A stretch of DNA of 64,000 nucleotides from positions 96,001-160,000 of the forward strand of contig JAVRCV020000073.1 in assembly GCA_034530615.2 (NCBI GenBank), read 5' to 3'. Shown here one piece after another: positions 43,151 to 50,799 of the stretch. A program made the translations under genes and the position numbers. Numbering within the stretch: the first letter of the stretch is position 1; the number at the start of each line of letters is the position of its first letter. The notes below the pieces were generated by a model that saw only the letters and a program-made list of their open reading frames with translations, was not told where the DNA came from and made no database searches. The stretch is from Aulosira sp. ZfuVER01. GTDB lineage: Bacteria; Cyanobacteriota; Cyanobacteriia; Cyanobacteriales; Nostocaceae.

Positions 43151-43253
43151 GTGAACCACTTGCGGTGGTGAGGCAGTGCGGTCTTGGGGGTCTCTCCCAT
43201 GAGCAACTGCCGAAAGGGTTTCCCAGCATAAGCAAAGTGGTGAACCCGAAGGG
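43151..43253 (+). mobile_element. Two nested structured mini-elements (SDR/NIS-like)
   Basis: Outer CCACTTGC...GCAAAGTGGTGAACCCGAAGGG; inner GGCAGTGC...GAGCAACTGCC. Confidence 0.65.
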
Positions 43254-43339
43254 ATAATCACAAATGACCAATGACATTGGTTTACGCCGATTTGATATTT
43301 TAATAAAATAATCTCATCAAAAGACTCGCAGAAATATAA

Positions 43340-44971
43340 ATGGACTGGATTACCTTACTGCGATCGCTACAGTCTGATTTTATTAAGAGGTTAACAAGTG
43401 GTTGTCTGCTTCATTGTGAAACAGAAGGTCAATATAGTGAACTAACTATAATCTCTGGAGAAAGATTAAAAGCACTACGAGACTTTTGCTGGCAGATGGC
43501 TGAAAAATATAAACGTACTTCGACAGTCCGTGACGTTTTTATTAGTAACTTAAAAGGCAAACTCGGTGAAGAAGTTGTTAAAGAACGTCTAGCTAATTTT
43601 ATTACAGAAGTAGATTATGAAAAACGCTTTGGTGGTGACGGTAAAATTGATTTTACTCTGACTTCTGACCCATCAATTGGCGTTGAGGTAAAATCCCGTC
43701 ACGGCACTTTTGATAAAGTTAGATGGTCTGTGAGTTCAGCAGAAGTTGAGAAAAATGCAGTCGTAATATGTGTTCTCATCCAAGAAGAGGTGCATGAAGC
43801 TCAAAGCGAATATCACCTGTTATTGGCTGGTTTTTTGCCAACACAAATGATTAAGCTCAAAACAGGGAGAATTTCATTTGGTATCAATCAATTGCTGTAT
43901 GGTGGTGGTTTGTGGTGTTATTTAGAACAGTTACAAGCTGCTAAACCTAGTCAAAAAGAATCGGCAATTTATAATTATAATTATCAGCAAGTTATACCAA
44001 CCAATCAAAATAACGATCGCCTAACTAAGCTATTAGCATATCCAGAAAAAGAAGATGTTTTCTTGGAATATGAGCCGGATTTAAATCAGTTTTATGTAAA
44101 TCTGGGCGATAAATCTTTCGAGCAAGGCGAGTCTGATACAGCAATTATCAACTATAACCAAGCCTTGCAACTTAATCCGCAGAATGCCGAAGTTTATTAC
44201 AAACGCGGTATGGTGCGCTATCACCTAGGAGATTACGAAGGTGCGATCGCAGATTATACTCAGGTTATCCAGGTTAATCTGAATCACACAAAAGCTTATA
44301 ACCAGCGTGGTTTAGCTCGTTATCAGCTAGGAGATTATCAAGCAGCGATTGACGATTATACTCAAGCCCTCAGAATCAATCCCCATGTTGCTGTTACTTA
44401 TAGAAACCGTGCTGATGCTCGTTCGCATCTAGGAGATCATCAAGGAGCAATTGAAGACTACACTCAGGCAATCAAAATTAATCCTCATTATGCCATTACT
44501 TACAAAAACAGTAGTATTTCTCGTTATCTTCTATTAGAACAGCAAAAATTTACTCAAGCAATTAAGATCGATCCTCATGATGCCGTCGCTTACTATAACC
44601 GTGGTAAAGCGCGTGCTGACTTAGGCGATTATGAAGGTACAATTGCCGATTATACTCAAGCCATTAAAATTAATCCTAATTATGTCGATGCTTATTATAG
44701 CCGTGGTAACGCTAATTTTGATTTAGGAAATTATCAAGGTGCAATTATAGATTACAGTCAGGCAATTAAGATTAACACTAATTATGTAGATGCTTATTAT
44801 AACCGTGGTCATGCTCGTTTTGGATTAGGCGATAAGCAAGGCGCACTTGAGGATTTTCAGAAAGCAGCAGATCTTTATTGGAAAGAAGGCAAAATAGCAG
44901 AACACAACGATGCACGAGAAAGAATCTTAGATTTAGAAATTGAAGAATCTTTAGATATTTTAAATTTCTAA
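43340..44971 (+). CDS. TPR protein with an N-terminal nuclease-like domain
   Basis: GKLGE...GKIDF...VEVKSR followed by multiple A.AYYNRG..TPR units. Confidence 0.85.
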   Translation: MDWITLLRSLQSDFIKRLTSGCLLHCETEGQYSELTIISGERLKALRDFCWQMAEKYKRTSTVRDVFISNLKGKLGEEVVKERLANFITEVDYEKRFGGDGKIDFTLTSDPSIGVEVKSRHGTFDKVRWSVSSAEVEKNAVVICVLIQEEVHEAQSEYHLLLAGFLPTQMIKLKTGRISFGINQLLYGGGLWCYLEQLQAAKPSQKESAIYNYNYQQVIPTNQNNDRLTKLLAYPEKEDVFLEYEPDLNQFYVNLGDKSFEQGESDTAIINYNQALQLNPQNAEVYYKRGMVRYHLGDYEGAIADYTQVIQVNLNHTKAYNQRGLARYQLGDYQAAIDDYTQALRINPHVAVTYRNRADARSHLGDHQGAIEDYTQAIKINPHYAITYKNSSISRYLLLEQQKFTQAIKIDPHDAVAYYNRGKARADLGDYEGTIADYTQAIKINPNYVDAYYSRGNANFDLGNYQGAIIDYSQAIKINTNYVDAYYNRGHARFGLGDKQGALEDFQKAADLYWKEGKIAEHNDARERILDLEIEESLDILNF

Positions 44972-45347
44972 CTTGAAAATGGGCGATTTGGCATTGATTG
45001 TCATGTCTTGGACGAGGGATTGCCCTTTAAGGAACTGTCTTGAAAAGACTTGATATCTTACTGTCTTAGTTGTAAAAATCTGAAACTACAGAGACACTAA
45101 GACAAAAAGAGGCTAGTAACATCATGAATACAAAATTCAAAATCAATACAGCGTAAACCTTTCCTTGATTTGGGATGCATGGTTTATTTACGCCGACTTG
45201 TACTAGAAATTTGGAAATTTAACTAGACGCTTAATAACAACACACAATCAAAAAATGTAACCAAAATTTAGCTTATTGAAATTTTCTTTTAAACTTTATG
45301 ATATTTTAATTTTTTAAACGTCTAAGTAATCTAATCAGCTCAATTTA

Positions 45348-46106
45348 ATGATTTATAACCACCAATTGCCAAAAAAATTGGCATTTTTGTCTCTATCAGT
45401 GATACTGGGGGCTGATTTAGCGATCGCAGAAATAGCTCCTTCAGCGGTTGCCCAAACTACTGCTATACAGTCATCTGTTGGTAATACTGTGACATTTACT
45501 TGTAATGACAGTGAGGCAACAATCAAAGCGAAAAATGGCCCCAAAGTTACTATTGGGTCAACAACAATCTACATAGGTTATCAGCAGGTATCATCTAATA
45601 ACAAAGATCCTCGCATCGTCCGTTTTGATAATGGTGTCAAGAGATGGTGTCGTACTGATTATGAAACGACTGGCGATGATGGTTCAGGCTATGGCTTGCT
45701 TTGGGATGGAAGAAGTGTTTTATATGGTGTTTTCTCCTCCACCGGAACCCAACCAGGAAATAATTTTGGGCGCTTTGCTATTGGTCGTTGGCTAACTAGT
45801 TATGGCAGTGGTGGCGGCCCCAAAGTAGCCATTATCGCTCGGATTGATCCAAATAATGGTAGCGTTAACTATGCCACATTTCTGACTGCCAAAAGACCAA
45901 GTGATGGGAAAACTAATTCTTTAGTAGTCAACAAACTATTATGGAATGGCTTGAATTTAACTGTACAGGCTAAATCTTGGTGGACTCCCCGTCGCACTAA
46001 TACAAGTGCAATGAATTGTTCTGGTTCATCACCTTATCAATACACAGCTGTATTCACTGGCGATTTAACAAAGATGAACTCGGCTTCAGCAGCTACTTGT
46101 AGTTAA
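45348..46106 (+). CDS. Exported hypothetical protein
   Basis: Signal peptide ending AVA-Q; beta-rich. Confidence 0.75.
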   Translation: MIYNHQLPKKLAFLSLSVILGADLAIAEIAPSAVAQTTAIQSSVGNTVTFTCNDSEATIKAKNGPKVTIGSTTIYIGYQQVSSNNKDPRIVRFDNGVKRWCRTDYETTGDDGSGYGLLWDGRSVLYGVFSSTGTQPGNNFGRFAIGRWLTSYGSGGGPKVAIIARIDPNNGSVNYATFLTAKRPSDGKTNSLVVNKLLWNGLNLTVQAKSWWTPRRTNTSAMNCSGSSPYQYTAVFTGDLTKMNSASAATCS

Positions 46107-46383
46107 TTAGGATTAGGGACTGTTATAGCCTGCGATCGCTTTTTGCTTTTCCGCAGGTTAGGCAATCCATCGTTATTTGGCTGGTAATCCTGGTACTCTA
46201 GACAAGCACTGAAGATAAAGTCAGAAAAAATCGCGACACAAGCAACTACACTCTGTTAGAATGCAGAATTGCGGCATTCGCTTTCAGTCTTAGCGCTTAC
46301 TGCGCATATAGCCCTTCAAACCATCCGTCCGCCTAAGACTGATGCCGCCACTGGCGACAGGCCGATGTTATCTCTGGAGTTTT

Positions 46384-47733
46384 ATGTCTTTTTCTACTCT
46401 CGGCTTGTCCAATGAAATTGTCCGTGCTGTTACCGAGCGAGGATACACTAAACCTACGCAAATCCAGATGCAGGCGATTCCTGCGGTATTGTCAGGTGGG
46501 GATTTGCTAGCTGGTGCCCAAACTGGTACTGGAAAGACTGCTAGCTTCACCCTGCCACTTCTGTATAAGTTGTCCTCCGAAAAGAGCATTAAAGGCACAT
46601 CTGATAATGGATGTCCACCGATCCGGGCGCTGATTCTCACCCCGACACGTGAACTCGCCGCACAAGTGGAGGAAAGCGTGGTTTCCTATGGCAAATACCT
46701 AAAACTGAACTCAATGGTAATATACGGTGGGGTCAGCTTTAGTCAGCAAAAACGGCGTTTGCACAGTCGTGTGGATATTTTAGTTGCTACCCCAGGACGG
46801 CTGCTAGACCACGTGCAGCAGGGCACTGTCAACCTGTCACAGATTGAGGTGTTAGTACTGGATGAAGCAGATCGGATGTTAGACATGGGCTTTATCCGTG
46901 ATATCCGCCGCATTCTGTCGTTGCTGCCCAAACAGAGACAGAATTTGCTCTTCTTCGCCACTTTCTCTGACAAAATCAAGGAACTTGCCACCGGGCTGCT
47001 GAATCGCCCGACGACAATTGAGGTAGCACGCCGCAACGTTACCGCTGATAAAGTAACTCAGAAAGTCTACAAAGTAGACCGCGATCGGAAGCGCCAATTA
47101 CTTGCTCACCTGATACGGCAAAACAATTGGGAACAAGTTCTGGTGTTTACCCGCACCAAGTATGGTGCAGACCGTCTAGTTAAGCAGTTAGGCGAGGAGC
47201 GTATTCAAGCACTGGCCATCCACGGTAACAAGAGCCAATCGGCGCGTACCGACGCTCTGGCAAAGTTCAAGAATGGTAGCTTAAGGGTACTGGTAGCAAC
47301 CGACATTGCCGCTCGCGGTCTCGACATCAGCGAACTGCCCCATGTGGTCAACTTCGATCTGCCCTTTGTACCAGAGGATTATGTTCATCGTATTGGTCGC
47401 ACTGGCCGCGCTGGTGCCTCAGGGGAAGCAGTATCACTGGTTTGTGTCGATGATTATCCGTTGTTGGCAGCTATCGAAAGACTGATTGAACAACGCTTGC
47501 CTTTTGAAGTAGTTACTAGTTTGGGAGCTAATCGCCACATCAAGCTGGAAACAATCCCCAATGGACGCAAACATAAACCCAGAAATGAAAGCGATCGGCA
47601 GACATCTCGCTCTACTGCTAAACCGTTACCAGAAACAAAGGCAAAAAAATCGGCAACGCCAACCGTAACTGGTGGCAAAAAGTCTGGTAGTCGTACCTCC
47701 GCATCACGCCGTTGGGCTAAACGCGATCGCTAA
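46384..47733 (+). CDS. crhC: RhlE-type DEAD-box RNA helicase (CrhC-like)
   Basis: [18 protein letters not shown], motif III FAT in place of [11 protein letters not shown]. Confidence 0.88.
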   Translation: MSFSTLGLSNEIVRAVTERGYTKPTQIQMQAIPAVLSGGDLLAGAQTGTGKTASFTLPLLYKLSSEKSIKGTSDNGCPPIRALILTPTRELAAQVEESVVSYGKYLKLNSMVIYGGVSFSQQKRRLHSRVDILVATPGRLLDHVQQGTVNLSQIEVLVLDEADRMLDMGFIRDIRRILSLLPKQRQNLLFFATFSDKIKELATGLLNRPTTIEVARRNVTADKVTQKVYKVDRDRKRQLLAHLIRQNNWEQVLVFTRTKYGADRLVKQLGEERIQALAIHGNKSQSARTDALAKFKNGSLRVLVATDIAARGLDISELPHVVNFDLPFVPEDYVHRIGRTGRAGASGEAVSLVCVDDYPLLAAIERLIEQRLPFEVVTSLGANRHIKLETIPNGRKHKPRNESDRQTSRSTAKPLPETKAKKSATPTVTGGKKSGSRTSASRRWAKRDR

Positions 47734-47836
47734 TCTATCAGGGTTAGCAATACTAAACGCCAAATGACAAACAGCATAATTTGATACTAAAATTTTAGTA
47801 TCAATTAAGTATTTACCTGTAAATAGGTTTTTGAAG

Positions 47837-48406
47837 ATGATTTTAAATTTAAAACATCTCAGTGCTGTGTGTGTCGCACTTTTGCTAGCTAGCGCTAGCA
47901 GCTTCCCTAATTCAGCTATAGCATCTGCAAACAATCAATCTCAGAAGATTGCACAAAGCCAAGCTCAAACAAGTAAGTCTCAAGTAAATCCGGTTTTTAA
48001 GGCGATTCTACCCAAATTAAAGCAAAAAACTCAAATCAGGATTTTATTACCTAAGTTTATTCCTGAGTCGGATGGAGAAAACCCAATTTATGCAATTGTA
48101 GAAAACGCTACGCTGAAAAAATACGAAATCTTACTGGGTTTTAGTCCCGATTGTACTGGTGGAACTGCTTGCCGTTTAGGTATTGTGACTGCTGAAGCTG
48201 TAACACGTAAAACACCTCGTTTGACTGGGAAAGCTATCTCGTTAGCCAAGGGTATGACTGGCTATTTTGTGGATTTTAGTTGTGGTGCTAATTGCTCAGA
48301 TGCTACCTTGACTTGGCGGCAACAGGGTGTGCAATATACTGTTGGGTTGAAAGCAGGCGATCGCTCTTCGTTGGTAAAAATGGCTAATTCTGCGATCAAT
48401 CCCTAG
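47837..48406 (+). CDS. Exported hypothetical protein with Cys pairs
   Basis: Signal peptide; CTGGTAC, CGANC. Confidence 0.8.
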   Translation: MILNLKHLSAVCVALLLASASSFPNSAIASANNQSQKIAQSQAQTSKSQVNPVFKAILPKLKQKTQIRILLPKFIPESDGENPIYAIVENATLKKYEILLGFSPDCTGGTACRLGIVTAEAVTRKTPRLTGKAISLAKGMTGYFVDFSCGANCSDATLTWRQQGVQYTVGLKAGDRSSLVKMANSAINP

Positions 48407-48523
48407 AACGTCGATTCAGTTGTGCAGTTGGTTGTTGGTGTAGGTTTTAATGTAGGAGATAGGTTTGATTATCCTCTCTGTACCTAGCAATGAATATTAA
48501 AGCGATGTAGAAGGCAAAAAATT

Positions 48524-49207
48524 ATGATTCAAGCCTTACGTAAGCTAGTAACATTTGATGATTTTATCGCTTGGTATCCAGAAAACTCCCTACAACGCTA
48601 TGAACTGCATGACGGAGTAATTGTTGAGATGTCCCCACCTACTGGCGATCATGAAGAAATTATCGGTTTTTTAGCGCTAGAAATATCTGTTGAAATCAGG
48701 CGACTAAAACTGCCTTATTTTATTCCCAAAACAGCATTCATCAAACCATTGGAAGGTGACTCAGCTTACTCACCAGATGTGTTGATATTAAATCAGCCTA
48801 ATTTAGTGAATGAGCCTCGATGGAAAAAAGAATCGACTGTCAGCCAAGCTGAATCAATTCCTTTAGCAATTGAAGTGGTGAGTCAGTGCGTTGCGCGGGT
48901 TCCCCGCGTTAAAGCAACTGACGAACCCGTAAGGGTTAGTACCAACTGGAGAGATGATTATTTAAAAAAAGCGGCTGACTATGAAGCAGTAGGTATTCCC
49001 GAATACTGGATTGTCGATTATGCAGCTTTAGGTGGTAGGCGGTTTATTGGCAATCCCAAACAACCCACTATCTCGATTTACTCGTTAGTTGAGGGGGAAT
49101 ACCAAGTTCGGCAGTTCCTTCAAGGAGAACGCCTCATCTCACAAGTTTTCCCGGAATTAAATTTGGCTGCTGAACAAATTTTTCAAGTTGGAAGTGTGCC
49201 AAGTTAG
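48524..49207 (+). CDS. Uma2 (DUF820) endonuclease with a 19-aa in-frame insertion
   Basis: YELHDG, YSPDV, IEVVS, STNWRDDY, GIPEYWIVD. Confidence 0.9.
   Translation: MIQALRKLVTFDDFIAWYPENSLQRYELHDGVIVEMSPPTGDHEEIIGFLALEISVEIRRLKLPYFIPKTAFIKPLEGDSAYSPDVLILNQPNLVNEPRWKKESTVSQAESIPLAIEVVSQCVARVPRVKATDEPVRVSTNWRDDYLKKAADYEAVGIPEYWIVDYAALGGRRFIGNPKQPTISIYSLVEGEYQVRQFLQGERLISQVFPELNLAAEQIFQVGSVPS
48878..48934 (+). mobile_element. 57-nt structured mini-element inserted in frame
   Basis: GTGAGTCAGTGC...GCAACTGACGAACCCGTAAGG; same family as 43151-43253. Confidence 0.75.
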
Positions 49208-49241
49208 AACATCGATTCAGTAATCATGATTGTTACGGTAA

Positions 49242-49704
49242 GGACAAGGGGACAAGGGGACAAGGGGACAAGGAGATGAAAAAAGAATCCATCAAGACTC
49301 ATGAAGATTTAGAGGTTTATCAACAGGCGTTCTCCGCAGCGATGGAAATCTTTGAAATCTCGAAGACATTTCCAGTAGAGGAACGATATTCCTTAACTGA
49401 CCAAATTCGTCGATCATCTCGCTCAGTATGCGCTAATTTAGCGGAAGCTTGGCGCAAACGAAGATATAAAGCAGCCTTTGTTGCTAAACTTAATGATTGT
49501 GAAGCAGAAGCCGCAGAAACTCAAGTCTGGCTGAAGTTTGCTGTGAAATGCAACTACTTAGATATAGAACAAGGGCGAGAATTGTATGGACTTTATAATC
49601 GAGTTCTCGGACAATTGGTGAGCATGATTAACAACCCTTCTGTTTGGATCATTCGGCAATAAAGGATACTCTCCTTGTCCCCTTGTCCCCTTTTCCCCTT
49701 GTCC
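49242..49704. repeat. Inverted (GGACAAGG)4AG arrays enclosing one gene
   Basis: 49242-49275 vs 49671-49704, 33/34 complementary. Confidence 0.92.
49276..49662 (+). CDS. Four-helix-bundle protein (23S rRNA IVP / TIGR02436-like)
   Basis: DLEVYQ, FP.EERYSLTDQIRRSSRSVCANLAEAW, EAAETQVW. Confidence 0.92.
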   Translation: MKKESIKTHEDLEVYQQAFSAAMEIFEISKTFPVEERYSLTDQIRRSSRSVCANLAEAWRKRRYKAAFVAKLNDCEAEAAETQVWLKFAVKCNYLDIEQGRELYGLYNRVLGQLVSMINNPSVWIIRQ

Positions 49705-49713
49705 CCCAATTGA

Positions 49714-49743
49714 AAACCCCTCTTCGCGTGCGAGGAGGGGTTT
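49714..49743. terminator. Bidirectional terminator
   Basis: AAACCCCTCTTCGC-gt-GCGAGGAGGGGTTT. Confidence 0.7.
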
Positions 49744-49757
49744 AACTTTGAATATTC

Positions 49758-50741
49758 TTAATATCCTTCTTCTTCGTATTCTGGCTGTTTTTCTTTAACT
49801 TTCTTGGGAATATTCACGGGCTTTGGTGCATCGTCCCAAGCATCGCCATCTACATCGTCATAATTGTCGTACTCGTCAACGTATGGCTTTTTGTAGGGTT
49901 GGGCTTCATACTTTAGAGGCTGTTGATAACTGTCTTTATCTGTCGCCTCACTCCAGTTGTCTTCTTCGTCGTCTTCTTCGTATTGAATCGATTCGTACTG
50001 TCGCGCTTGCATTACCTGGCGCTGGGGTCTTTCTTCTTCCACATAGTCTTCATCCCATTCTTCCCGGGCTACGGGTTCGGGGGTGCGAACTTTTGGCTTG
50101 GGTGGTTGCAATGGTACACCGCTTGGTAGTTGGTTCGCAGGTGCTACAGTGCGAGGGGCACTATAGCCGTATTCTTCATCAGCATCGCGCTCCCACGGGG
50201 CTTTGCCAATACCTAAACGCTCTAGCAAGCCAACTGTCAATTGATTGGCGCGTTCTTCAGCTCCTTCAAATACAATCAATCTGCTGGGGCCTGTGCTGAC
50301 GATTTCTTCAATTGATAGTTCGTAAGTACTCAAGACTTGCTCAGGTATTTGTGGCAATCCCAAAGAAGCAATGACTATGGAATGAAGTTTGCCATTTTCA
50401 CCATTGAATTTGAAGCCCCGCACTCTACCTAGTACTTCGCCGGTTTCTGTAATTACTTCCCAGTTAATTAGGTTGCTTAATGCTTCTACTTCAATATCTT
50501 CAATTACGTCCTCGTTATCTACCAGGATGACATCACCAATCTGGCTGATACTGCTAAGGTACATATTGCGCGGTATACCAGAAATAGAGATCAGGCTGTC
50601 TCTCAAGCCAAGAGCCACAACCTCTCTTTGGTCAATATCCACCCAGACTTGACTGACGATGCCTACTCGCTTACCGTTATCGCGGGTAATCACCTGAGTA
50701 TTTAATATGTCGGAACGCCTAATTATCTGTTCAGAGGTCAT
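49758..50741 (-). CDS. Tandem PRC-barrel protein with an acidic tail
   Basis: ILNTQVITRDNGKRVG and LINWEVITETGEVLGRV; start at 50741. Confidence 0.85.
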   Translation of the reverse strand: MTSEQIIRRSDILNTQVITRDNGKRVGIVSQVWVDIDQREVVALGLRDSLISISGIPRNMYLSSISQIGDVILVDNEDVIEDIEVEALSNLINWEVITETGEVLGRVRGFKFNGENGKLHSIVIASLGLPQIPEQVLSTYELSIEEIVSTGPSRLIVFEGAEERANQLTVGLLERLGIGKAPWERDADEEYGYSAPRTVAPANQLPSGVPLQPPKPKVRTPEPVAREEWDEDYVEEERPQRQVMQARQYESIQYEEDDEEDNWSEATDKDSYQQPLKYEAQPYKKPYVDEYDNYDDVDGDAWDDAPKPVNIPKKVKEKQPEYEEEGY

Positions 50742-50799
50742 TCTATACCGAGTCCTGATCTCGAATCCGGTTAATCTATACACTATTATTAACAAAAAC

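Larger units (their letters stand above)
48404..49221 (+). repeat. 17-bp direct repeat pair flanking the Uma2 gene
   Basis: TAGAACGTCGATTCAGT (48404-48420) and TAGAACATCGATTCAGT (49205-49221). Confidence 0.85.

Noticed and set aside
43058..43261. 67-aa ORF
   Set aside because: Made of repeat elements read on the minus strand
49276..49662. Diversity-generating retroelement, given the Avd-like fold
   Set aside because: No reverse transcriptase or TR/VR pair seen in the window
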